Of a DNA stretch of 64,000 nucleotides, positions 40,901-42,117 are shown piece by piece. The notes beneath the pieces were generated by a model. The model made no database searches and was not told where the DNA came from. It saw only the letters and a list, made by a program, of their open reading frames with translations. The translations under genes and the position numbers were made by a program. Origin of the DNA: an uncultured Clostridium sp. (GTDB lineage Bacteria; Bacillota; Clostridia; TANB77; CAG-508); NCBI GenBank assembly GCA_964371215.1, contig CAYJKU010000001.1, positions 63,335-127,334 of the forward strand, read 5' to 3'. Positions within the stretch are counted from its first letter, which is position 1; every line of letters begins with the position of its first letter.

Positions 40901-42001
40901 AGTAATGCAAAAGTAAAAGTAGATAGTGGAGAATTCAGTACAGGAACATTAACAGCTACAGTTGATACAAAAACAACAACAATAAGAACAATAACAGTGG
41001 AATCAGCAGATGGAACTGTAAAAGAATATGTATTAACATTAACTAAAAAAATAGCAATTGAAGGTAAAGTAATAACTCAAGGAATAACAAATCATATTGC
41101 GACTGTAACAGCATATAGAACAGATGATACAAGAGTAATAGGAGATGAAGAAAATCCAAGAGAAGAAATGGCTAAAGTGGAAACAAGAGAAGATGGAACA
41201 TATCAATTAATATTAGAACCAGGAATGTATGATATAGTAATAACAAAACCAGGATATTTAAGTCATACAGTAACACATATTAGTTTAGAAGAAGGTTCAA
41301 ATGCAGTCATAGAAGATAAGTCAATTTATGGTGGTGACGTTATAGAGACAGGTGAAATAGAAATAGATGACTTAGTAAATATGAATAAAATGTATGGAAG
41401 ACCAATAACAGATGTAAATAGAAAATATGATTTAAATGATGATGGAAAAATAGATATTTTAGATAGAAATATGTTAAGAGCAAATTATACTAAAAAATCT
41501 ATAGTTGAAAAATGGGTAAATCCTAATCCAGTAATTCCAGAAACAATAAATGAAGTTCAAAAAGAACAAGTTAAATTCATAATTCCATTAGAAGGAAACT
41601 ATGAAGTAACAAGTGAATATGGACAAAGAATCCACCCAGTAACAGGTGAAGAATCTAAACATACAGGTATAGATATAGCAGGAGCTCATAGAGCAAATAT
41701 ATTATCTATAGCAGATGGTGAAGTAGTATTTGCAGGAGAAGCTGGAGGATTTGGAAATGCAATAGAAATAAGACATGAAGTAGATGGAGAAGTGGTATAT
41801 AGTTTCTATTCACATTTATCACAAATAGATGTAGAAGTAGGAGATAAAGTAACACAAGGACAAGTTATAGGATTAGAAGGTGGAGATCCAGAATTAGACC
41901 AAAATGTTGGATTAAGTACAGGACATCATTTACATTTTGAAATAAGAGTAAAACAAGGATATGGAAATGATGTAGACCCTAGACAATATATTAATTTCTA
42001 A
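10946..42001 (+). CDS. giant (10,351-aa) multidomain surface protein: signal-anchor, RCC1 beta-propeller/Big_2 array, 23 cadherin-like domains, prealbumin-like domain, dockerin-like module, C-terminal M23 metallopeptidase
   Basis: A single uninterrupted 31,056-bp ORF with a good RBS. The N-terminus is MNKLKNGKDNFKITRKGLAVIILIALITVIAAILGI (basic n-region plus a 20-aa hydrophobic helix). There are well over 100 RCC1 blades of the form DGTVWxWGxNxYGQLGxG. Big_2 domains recur as Y(T/K)SL..(E)IATVSETGLVTAV..G...I and W.SSN.E.ATVD..G.VTA.S.G. A cadherin-like array spans 34545-41040. The M23 domain has HTGIDIA (HxxxD) and HHLHFEIRV (HxH) motifs. Confidence 0.9.
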   Translation: MNKLKNGKDNFKITRKGLAVIILIALITVIAAILGISKTYQNVLVSNKQLNSIKGNDVNKGAAQLLVNNISVKTTDAKVVTAENHTVLLKEDGTVWSWGANESGQLGMGQTGTGYNSINPIQVVGINGEGFLTDVVDIAANRQYTIALKSDGTVVTWGLGTSGQLGNFTNVSSPFPVVVIDQNQEPLTGITQIAAGYNSGYVVKNDGTAYSWGADSYGSLGSSKTSTRNYAMNVEVTNSEGEIVNLTNVQDITGGQYHGIALLNDGTVWSWGWNRYGKLGDGTKTNADIAIQTNITDVKKIVSGEYFVIALKNDGTIWTWGRNSYGQVGHGAVSTSSTGGIVTPGQPLKTDGTALVDVKDIGVISETTYAITNSGEVYAWGLNTSGQVADKTVANKTRAVVMQDRFGNLAGNVTLPDSPNGETAHMLDGEKLIATGKNNANQLQIPTSVASINYMTILDQSEQELVLNNNQEYIKIGESIQLTAKYNETMNIYSTNLLAGNLEYISSNSNIATVNNSGQVRGVGAGEVTIICTDKTNGNEARIQLNIIDNKDGVITNSMVVSNQYATIMLKEDGTVLSMGKNTNNVLGIGATVAYQTYLPIQVIQENGEKLTNVVKISAGIHHTLALKADGTVWSWGYNNYGQLGLGNSTTYGVAKQVVNVDNTGYLTDIVDISTSTYTSVALTKEGIGYSWGYGSGYGLGLTSASNRTLPSQIISSKEIVQIELGESKIHLLLSDGRIKSMGTNTYGQLGTGLGTSTYTYFEYAVNEDNTKYLTDVARISSGKIHTIALMENQTAYGWGYNNYYELGNETRTNQLLPKQLTGISNEGIMENIREVSAAPNSTIVLLNNGTVYAAGLNTTGQLGIGTNSNSQMFTPVVEYKVVEEETIVSQITDIVKLGDNKYLSQGYIKNDGTVNMTGENVSLQLGDNTALNRNITVKSGVGVEKIYTQSETIKIDINGKYQIVTKYSEGLNLRLIDEIVKNPNELTYISKNESVATVSAAGEITGKSNGQTGIEIIDETNNLETTVYVQIGEVQEQDILEIQTSTRFTVALKNDGTVWTWGLGTYGELGNGKFENSIEPVQVISPTGQGFLTDIVDIAIGDTFVLALNKNGNVYSWGRNTSGELTAGPERRSVPGLVLQYDGTPLNGVKEITARISSAAAVKIDGTVFAWGVNTSGQLGQGNSTNISYATQVKDTQGTGVIQNIKSASMGTSHLVMLTNEGTVFAVGVGSAGQLGNGVKGNTTLPVQMKVDATTVVTDVVQIATGNIVSYVLKNDGTILATGDSNDGKTGQGNETDIIYLMPVLKAAGEPLTNVSEITDSYFTQIAITKDNKVYSFGRNNYGQAISTVIANRLYATEITGSYGVTDYPKIIETSSDKTANYTYLVKEDGSVLGMGLQDNYKSQTSGTGTQTILREINPSYMEITNRRNYLKVGENVTLETNVVENFNMFGEAPIVGNLTWESSNEEVAVVNSNGVVTAISEGDTTITVIDSKYGYVASSIIHVTKNIEGNITVPQVEQGTYFTIALKADGTVWATGYNNYGQLGDGTTTLSPDMKQVKINETEYLANIVRIEVAEYHVLALDKNGEVWAWGRNSHGQLGQNTTTNSSYPIKVKNSVGDGNITNVIDIAVTNETSIFLKADGTVEMVGDNGHGKLSTGNTTASRLPIKATGIDNVLDVSGNNDSVIFLQGTGKVWAVGNNSSAELGDKTVTISYLPREVSNSTGDGQLSGIVQIATGLHHTAALAKDGSVYIWGRGTNGQLGNNQTVATNTIPVKVIDGSNTSSAIKNVSYVGTSQYTTSVVTKDGKMYSTGENSSNQLGTGTGVDSLVFIEAKDTTNSNISDILFVTNSIGNISNNAVIKEDGTIWTTGTNEYGQLGNGTFETNTVYGLVGKYQIDAENEQTIKEKETYQITAKRIPPFNVFNLQDTRENNMTYTSLNTEIATVSATGLVTAVSMGQVRIDIYDQLTEVIESINIKVVAEEGDIATPQVLSTTNAVLNLKTDGTVTSWGNSTNGILGNGTTSGIQATETNVLEVGGVGNLSNVVQIEAAVETGYALKADGTVVGWGQNNYGQLANHTTSISTTPVYILDVSKNKLTDIVKISATYQGGLALKSDGTVWAWGYNNYSQLGIGSTSQVYYAIQVKDSTGKAFLTDIKDISSGHGSNYAIKNNGTVFAWGRNSYGELGTGNTTASALPVETLKGLDVKKIAANMRSLYVLTEKGELWSVGYNGQGQLGNGTTSTSSVLVRVLDESGKALTNIVDIGGQEYTGFAKDANGVIYSWGENTSGQAGQNSLVNVTRATPIKGKYGELLTNKIKFLPNGYNGNMPAIFLIGYDGLIYSAGTTANYVALEGRSYNKTGFEEITPDYMQINERTVYLKETQTQILTTSVVSKVNGFGKVIEPGKLTWSSSNGAIATVDQNGKVTAISEGRVNIKVVDTNGYTASSNIIVTKNSENVVTIPQIGVGLNFTVILKADGTVWTSGTNTYGQLGSGNTLERNVVGQVKISENKNLENIVKISVGDSHVMALTTNGEVYVWGYNSVGQLGQNTTTNSIYAVKMLNETGTDEISNIIDISATDDTSVLLNSAGKILSVGSNSYGEFGTGNTTASRLPVMMTDKENIIQISSTERSLSYLTGEREVWSIGYNSYGQFGDKTTTAGYYPVQAMDDDSVGVLSNITKISTGIHHVVALSEDGYAYTWGYGLQGQLGNNTMVNSSVPTKILTIDGTKAIQDIIDIGTSERTTSVLSTSEGLLTTGQNSYYEIGNGNNTNTKLLVKPQVVQGANLDNILTLSNSNQSAYNNSVIKKDGSVYIVGANTYGQIGNETYTLSSNYTEVGNIGLATKSAHTMKVDSTYQIQVERTDSLNVYNDVIQRNNKLIYSTSDEEIATISETGLVTGKATGLATINIFEESTEVTTQVMIRVVETEGEIAIPQIVSSSTATFSLKADGTVTSWGTNSSGVLGNGTTAGIQYEEKNVLGVGGEGILSDVVQISAAYDSVYALKADGTVVSWGNDTYGKLGDKVSGNSSTPVYVVDSKGERLTNVIKIDNTYYGAMALKADGTVWAWGYNGQSQLGQGNSTNYDYAVQVKDTTGRGYLIGIKDIAAGYRTGYAIDNTDTIWAWGYNSYGEHGVGATGATTLPRQSNVDLDIKKMVVGTSQVYILTEQGSIYAWGRNSEGQLGIGTIAHSYVPVQVLGVDGKPLTNMVDIGAQEYTAFAKDADGVIYSWGENTSGQAGQNSLVNVTRATPIKGQYGETFTEEIKYLPSGYIGNMNTQYLIGEDGTVYASGYGASRGMLQTTSYNWLGFKAVLPDYLQINERVSYIKEGETKELTTSVVGRLNAYGKPISIGNLVWKSSNEEIATVDQKGVVTAKTSGEVTIIAVDSSNGNIASATINVTKNTKGTVAIPMTAMGQGYTAILKADGTVWTVGDNTYGQLGDGTNITKTQPVQVKINSTEFLTNVVRIEVGFTHTLALTKNGEVYAFGQNQFGQLGQGNTTSLNYATRVKDITGTNYLENIVDIAIAGGSASYVSSYALTTDGFVYGWGNNSYSQLGDKTTTNRYLPVKVQDAYNVKDIAGSYAAIHMLNQDTTVSGVGYSAHGQLGSNVTFSNHTADIQDVINPTRNGVFRGIVKIEGGTHHVMYLTEDEKAYAAGYNAYGQLGTGNTTNYIYPIQLKSDMKIVDISASYHSSIIKTEQVVDGEKVYKVWNAGYNLGGQFGIGNTTNSSIFVELKDSSNQNVNLDIDMIGASKPSTSGNSSYIDINGYVWTVGANSYGQLGNDTFNTSYNVIRIGSLILIPNEYTYTMNPSNTKQISLTLTDTFNVYNKETTLGSIEYKSLDTDIATVSETGLVTAVTKGSTRIQITDKTNDVKTVIFVDVLPENEEIKYTSMVDGGTSHSVALKSDGTVWAWGLNSKGQLGNNTTITTENPTQVVGVNIEKFLTDIKQIAVGSNHTLALKADGTVYSWGDNTYGQLGDNSNSIKYAPVQVLGENGQGVLSNIKYIEAGESVSIAVDEEGKVYAWGQNQYGQLGDGTNIARSVPVKTKAALTGIIQVDTYNRHTVAVKADGTVWAWGYNSHGELGDGTTTARNIPVQMKLTATTYIENAIEVATQRYSTNILLDNGTVLSVGYNAQGQLGDGTTTQRLLPVTVRGVGNNGVLSNIVSISGGYYSAYALSKNGQVYSWGYNNLGQLGNNTQTVSSLPVNVVNSSIEGNLENIISIGSGTYHVLAIEDTGFVQTWGSNASKQLGDSTLPHASIPVYISSKIEMIPSDAKLVINETVQLGIKMNSFNLFEDINEEGREVIYKSLNEEIATVSETGVVTAKSFGVTRILATDVVSGRVATAEISVLENNKQVSPKIDNGSNHFISLKADGTVWTWGDNTYGQLGNGSNIDSQVPTEIKIEDVIDVAAGFNHSIVLKKDGTVWTWGYNGYGQLGQGNTTTSYTPVQVKGVNGQGYLTNVKAVFGNGYTTFALLNTGEVVGMGRNTYAELGDRTTSNRYTPVYVLDQYGVSPMKDIIDVIPSTTSVAAIRADGTVWAWGYNHYGQLGINTLINSKITLPMQVRDVTGTNTLQNIIQVTSHYSGFTALKADGTVYSWGYGTQGRLGIGSNSSSYMPIQVKSPDGTGFLTDIVRLDGKFSSIAISADGKVYSWGSNSYGQLGVKTNSYRNLPTQVFAENGTDYLTDIMFATSGNSTAFVDYEGNVYTTGYNINGELGNDTTINRNIVTNVSEVIISNNENPIKLGKSGETHQLEAVAKKRFNLLKETVDNVNLKYTSLDESIATVSETGLVTAVGTGYTFIKISDETLGTSTSVKVEVLGDGITLPKVIGGENFYIALKADGTIYTWGRNSQGQLGQGHTTNVLEPTKVEGLEGIIDIAAGRYSAYVVKSDGTVWGTGYNNYGQLGINNTTRKNTFTQVLAENGIDYLSGIIGISANNYHVAALKQDGSVVAWGYNGYGQLANNSTTTKYIPTKMHGVNNVIQVEAGLHSMYMLSGDGSIYAVGYNSYGNLGNGTTSGTITPIKVLNPEGTAEMENVREISAGSYHLGVITYDNKLYQTGYNSQGQLGDGTTSHKNKLVLVQENVKTVSSYMNITNIIKEDGTVWSTGRNAYGNAGNNTTANNTRFVQMLGENGIGIFENALFVTNSEESTLVADKSGKVYTTGYNGYGELGDSTTVTKRVLSGISLEKVTVKESIVTINSISGTKEIESSMNLGFNILYNELKNATFTYKSSNEKVATVTANDTKTKGIITAVDYGTTTIEVQNVETGGTAIVIVRVLREGDVANPKVVAGSDFSVALKSDGTVWTWGSNNYGQLGLGDTTYRTEPTKVENLEGIIDIAAGRSHVIALKSDGTIYTWGLNNYGQIGDNTNVNKNTPTKIVGLDNLIDITGGYYHTSVLKSDGTVYSWGYNGHGQLGDGTTGTKNSPTTVKGISNVKDISAGHYTTLAVTIDGNTWAWGYNGYGFLSTPAGTNVLPKLVGLDNIASVEVGINSYAAISNVGELYTWGLDSNQVLGNGNLGTTYVPTLVRDIDGEKLTGITNVDIGSYTTLATTSEGKVYGWGNNNYSQLGTGNTAVQSLPILLQNSMGEFTNVIEIASGYDHTIVVRNDGSVWTTGYNGAGRLGDKTTFNKNMYGSISDMNISLEENKIVLAKEGDTYELKPTISVGFNLLYDEIPETSYTYESANIDIATVSQTGVITAVSRGKTRIKLTEEKTNKITYLEVSVLQEGDITFPKVETSNYTTIALKSDGTVWGWGYNDYGQLGLGNNQTVISPTKLPIDNVIDISVGYRHSLFLKSDGTVWAVGNNSYGQLGNATKTSSYEILQVRDIDGGEYLSNIKSIDIGRYHSMALDKSGNVYTWGYNGQGQLGNGTYTLSTIPVKVSGISNIITIEAGYRSGYGLSNDGTVYSWGYNIYGQLGDGSSTTRTSPTRAFITNVIEISVSQSDNVLALKDDGTVWGWGRNTYNALTDVGGSAPKQLKGLDGNRMSGIKDIESSYYSGFAVTETGETIAWGYNTYGQLGIGNNSSTSVPVIVKESETENFANTLSISGGVNYTSFAKEDGTVWTVGDSAYNKLGNGEKVDLNIPKNIAIPYISVDNDELAIVENTSMNLNAKFDTGFNLFEDTKIDVELAYEIKDTNIATIDNTGNVTAKSVGKTYVYITYQNYVRRVEINVIAKEGESVIDVSAGARHTLSLKSNGTLWVFGNNVYGQLGTGLVDNTNILEPEQIDTGDIRFSQVATGRYHSMALDKAGNVYTWGYNAQGQLGNGTSATSGKLTKIETLSNIKEIYADEYKSMAIDINGNIYVWGSGFGATPIKYPYYTEVIDISESYVLLQDGTVWSISLTPVKVETLSNIVEIAEGTSHYLALSADGTIYAWGSNSYGQLGQGNTSSITVPTVVKNSDNTGNLTDIVQIETSRYSSYAITGDGNIYSWGRNIYNSLGVTTASDRITLPISVTTEEAIEITSGDYFGAYVDNAGFVHTWGYNGYGQLGHGDTTIHEIPSLIGEIGIENSLKNITLNINQTQELDIKLRNKFNLRIDEISSGEFNLDILNNDIISIENNNIVPKKVGTTVIIVNENVTGLTDTINVEVIENVTTPRIESGEDFTIAVKADGTIWSFGLNDKSQLGIGNSENQNEPVQIIMPDSSRIKDIEVGTSHTLILTENGKVYGFGYNGNGQLGLGHTYNSNKPTAFLDESGRTFTNIIDVSAVGNKSYVLTIDGDVYVTGEGYNKLATEILTDEKIISIYGNYGITIDKKAINLDTLEIISNVENVEKISVSDTHVILLTQNNVAYALGDNEYGQLGNGTKLDSNTAIQIKDSVGTGVLSNISEIKAGTNYSVAILENGDTYVWGSNENGKLSRISETDLVLPRKENIKENIFMIETGTNHTVIATEEGRVYAFGKGTEGQLGNLANENSIEPVQVGKESIVVDEYNITLNEKETLYLNARLRNFNILAKDVEGNFTYKANDTKTVTVDNTGKLTAISSGTSSVVVTEGEKQLIVQITVIPENTDVKSSVETTDSHTAILKADGTVWTYGQNNYGQLGIGNTSNVDDLTQVIFSENVKIISIKTGENHTIALDENGNVWTWGRNTSYQLGVTGGTRTRPIKLDLGVKIEKIEAGYNQSFAITENRELISWGDNSNGELGVNKYTYTTLPTKAYEIEDVLDVQAGRSHTLILKTNGDVYGTGHNGFGTLAIEEYRINSFRKIEELSNIEYIYAGEYQSAALAMDNNMYVWGYNIYGNFGLGNKDTIKVPTILEGINNIEEISLGKTYSSIITEDGKMYMSGSNVQGQFGNDTDESTEIFVEVTNINEVIDISVGNTYSAAIKADGTVWAWGDYYHGITDTRTITNSLVPIQVGIDKFALKENEITVNVSRNKQIEVIPNEDFNVYVTKEETINEYNYISLNPEVVTVNEQGVLTGIKVGTTWVKVQDRVTGEEQVAIIRVIGNTNTVAPQIAAGNNFVNILKADGTIWSAGYNSQGQLGNGTYTPSNTLNQINNVKTYTQILAGNDFVIALKNDGTVYAWGENSLGQLGQGNRVNMTAPTQIPGLQDIVKISAGDNHVVALNKYGEVYSWGSNSNYQLGLGNNKNQDIPQKMVLPQIKVIDVETGENGTVIIDSLGDMYTVGLSNEQYNTITKIENVSNVVKAEISGNSIIALLENGNVINIADSVTDIYTAGNATDISAVADENMIQTNSGEVYTFGLNASGELGNNSTNEITVPTKIERENTIIGIGSGEHNTYIIEDTGRVYAAGNNDYGQIGNNTNEGNMEYVLVDSNKVELSPENEVIVENETLTFEMISNRFNVLKEDSRIITDFTWSVTDETILENIEDGTVKGLIPGKADVVLTEKETGAVINSVVIVEEADKARIERITVGNTLAKITDSMTYEVTIAESNSEELKITTKDKSDKISIDNGTTWFENGILTLNKEILSNPEVVEILVESEFGIQYEFTLNIISKSNNVDLEYIKVNDITATAINGNNYQVIVPENTEILNLEAKTVDSAASVSIEGQEASKQIQTKEIAMEEYTVRTIPVKAISEFGNEVEYILTIYEETALTELESLTVNGKQAIKNNISEYSIVVSKETESVEIVAKSVYELADVNINHLGEEVQISTRTIEINSDETVVRITVSANGKDKEYTLKIEKEKDATSLSSVYVNGAIVANVNNTFEATVNSSAINAEITAIASVETSLVKIAENESEIKMSTKTVEISGNETIYEIIVTDGSNSENFEVYTLILKKPSTDNSLKEVSVSNGLSVIKAEKSSEGNIYNVKVNDTDTVLDVKAVANYALAEVAIQNDIYTIGTNESEITLNEDTTSILIKVKAQDGTIAEYTLNIERLSSNTNILNITVNNNETTLSKTEENVYEYTLTESLANVDVKVTMEDNLTDVAINNKLFEKATITKTVDITGRSVDVVINTKAENGDEKTYKLIIKGLPDTTNLSKITVNNIEAIYVDSGDKYQVKLNKNVTEFTVTAVAEDILSKIGINEFENEVATTTKVISKTGNITTVKIIVTAQNGIATGEYILEILEQSSETGIKTLSVDNNLVDIDENGKYSTSVVNKDTVQIGIVLVDENATVKIGEIDGLTSTQDIQDGTTTIPVIVTAEDGTTKSYEVVIYKMSNNTNVTSIVVNGELAILDENNNYVANVGNASEAQIVVTAEDVKASVEIDGNLPQMSTSTATIEILEDQELVVTNLTAEDGTSEAKQLIINTYSKDTSILSLTAENIDSEKISQTGESTYEIEVSNLTTNINLTAITTFNKAKVKIEDGVYSENTVTQDVNISGKEEINITVQAENGDEKTYIVSIVRVYDLSIKSLSVDNTIIEEVDGQYTAWVNSSVTSSALKIDTLSPEAIIKIGEETYTNTVTLNVNVPDNTNTIKVSILSPDGKNETSYNVYINKKSGDTDLEYVQVDSSFGSYEEDKYVVTVPIKDDTYLLKAKPNNEYAKIKIGNSEFSLGEVSSEIDLSGKTEETVQITVEAQDGTTKVYDLLIKKVSSDNTLKVVKVNNVELTEENGVYRTYIKNNVTSAPIYIETNHSNAKIIVKETEYTNIATFTENTETGSNLEITVIAENGTTVKYNLIIEHESNDASEQSVIVDGQEAVKIGDNTYRATVKKDQETANIYVKAANEKATVKINNNPQIAIYENTIPVQITDSKSIIVPVTITAQDGTTTNTFNIEIEQISNNVNIETITVNGSSVTSYDESSKTYNITLTDNSLEESTVYIKTEDVLSKVKIEPGELSTHELTNVVGIPDDITTLIITVIAEDGSEGKYNLIIKKLSKDAEILEFSLNGNIIEISADGKYLINTVESVTSGNIRVVPSNEFAKVTIEGVQSSNVGIFERTINLPDQRTYETKVVVTAEDGTVKEYPVIVTKISDDVNVGKLTVNGVTVTDYYEDTKTFEAFITAESTTASIVVTPGSSYAKAGYAELEPATSISYSVNTPGDITSSEFYIMAEDGTIQKYTIKMQKMSTDDSLKEVFVDGKLVLPDETGNYYINVAEDLEKSLVKVVSMSEYATISINYEVAEQSQSIRETMLQTKSTTVNIVVAPQQGASKTYTLVIYKGSTNNNLASVKVDGENVITYNPETRTYEAFITNGATSSAIEILAENEYATITVGENTAKGKLTYSQVVEDAVTTIGIDVTSEVGETQKYTLKLKYISIDNTIKSVMVDDVLIEEDRFDGYVTYVVDTNEIANIKIEANNQYATININDLIESEQLAELEVTLSEDKELNVPFTIIAQDGTESVHTLKIVKISDNNSIQSVKVNNEEITSYDEETKTYTAYINEDIVEAELAIVAANSMASIEIGVNSNVGNITEVIEITEDMTTINVKVTAETSREENYVVNIIRKSGNANISLVEVNDIGINSPYTTTIKKLDETAKIKIVTENENASIKVGENEPVIGTFELVVDLELSQEQIVIPVVITSQDGVNVTNHNITLNRLNNETSIKILNVDGTEITGIDGEYEALVVGKDTAEIYIELTDSNAKVKVDSGEFSTGTLTATVDTKTTTIRTITVESADGTVKEYVLTLTKKIAIEGKVITQGITNHIATVTAYRTDDTRVIGDEENPREEMAKVETREDGTYQLILEPGMYDIVITKPGYLSHTVTHISLEEGSNAVIEDKSIYGGDVIETGEIEIDDLVNMNKMYGRPITDVNRKYDLNDDGKIDILDRNMLRANYTKKSIVEKWVNPNPVIPETINEVQKEQVKFIIPLEGNYEVTSEYGQRIHPVTGEESKHTGIDIAGAHRANILSIADGEVVFAGEAGGFGNAIEIRHEVDGEVVYSFYSHLSQIDVEVGDKVTQGQVIGLEGGDPELDQNVGLSTGHHLHFEIRVKQGYGNDVDPRQYINF
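12550..23950 (+). repeat. four tandem super-repeats of about 2.83-2.85 kb within gene 3; each is a double RCC1 propeller plus two Big_2 domains
   Basis: Unit starts are recognisable at about 12.57, 15.47, 18.30 and 21.13 kb (VTKN...GT.IP...G..FT.ILKADGTVW...). There are near-identical DNA tracts, for example 17716-17877 versus 20546-20710 (FAKDANGVIYSWGENTSGQAGQNSLVNVTRATPIKGKYGE), offset 2830 bp. Confidence 0.75.
23950..34540 (+). repeat. eight tandem units of about 1.3-1.4 kb within gene 3; each is a single RCC1 propeller plus a Big_2 domain
   Basis: Unit starts with the motif (V/I)xVLxEGD(I/V)..PKV..G..F..ALKADGTVWTWG are at about 23.99, 25.39, 26.77, 28.12, 29.46, 30.71, 31.96 and 33.29 kb. 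Confidence 0.75.
34545..41040 (+). repeat. array of 23 cadherin-like beta-sandwich domains within gene 3; period about 282 bp (94 aa)
   Basis: The recurrent unit is ...L..L.VNG..(I/V).....Y...V......V.I.A.......V.I..........I.V.AEDG...(E/K)Y.L.I.K. I counted 23 domain ends of the type Y.L.I.K between 34.8 and 41.04 kb. Confidence 0.75.
41055..41290 (+). other. CarboxypepD_reg/prealbumin-like domain at the giant-protein C-terminus
   Basis: IEGKVITQGITNHIATVTAYRTDD...REDGTYQLILEPGMYDIVITKPGYLSHTV. Gene 1 shows the same architecture (GTYDIIIDKPGYLDYIITNV). Confidence 0.55.
41326..41495 (+). other. dockerin-like module of the giant protein
   Basis: GGDVIETGEIEIDDLVNMNKMYG...DLNDDGKIDILDRNMLRANY. 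The second loop is a canonical DxNxDGxIDxxD; the first loop is degenerate. Confidence 0.55.
41600..41960 (+). other. M23 family (lysostaphin/LytM-type) metallopeptidase domain, C-terminal in the giant protein
   Basis: YGQRIHPVTGEESKHTGIDIAGA...GGFGNAIEIRHE...YSHLSQIDVEVGDKVTQGQVIG...GHHLHFEIRV. Both zinc-ligand motifs, HxxxD and HxH, are present. Confidence 0.8.
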
Positions 42002-42031
42002 GCATACAATGTAAACAAAATATTAATAAAT

Positions 42032-42077
42032 AAACCGTATATAGAAGTAGAAATACTTCTGTATATGGTTTATTTTA
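42032..42077 (+). terminator. strong rho-independent terminator of the giant gene
   Basis: 18-bp stem aaaccgtatatagaagta-gaaa-tacttctgtatatggttt with two G-U pairs and a GAAA tetraloop, followed by aTTTT. Confidence 0.7.
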
Positions 42078-42117
42078 ATTATTATTAAAATGGCTTGTAG
42101 CAATAAATTGTGATAAC

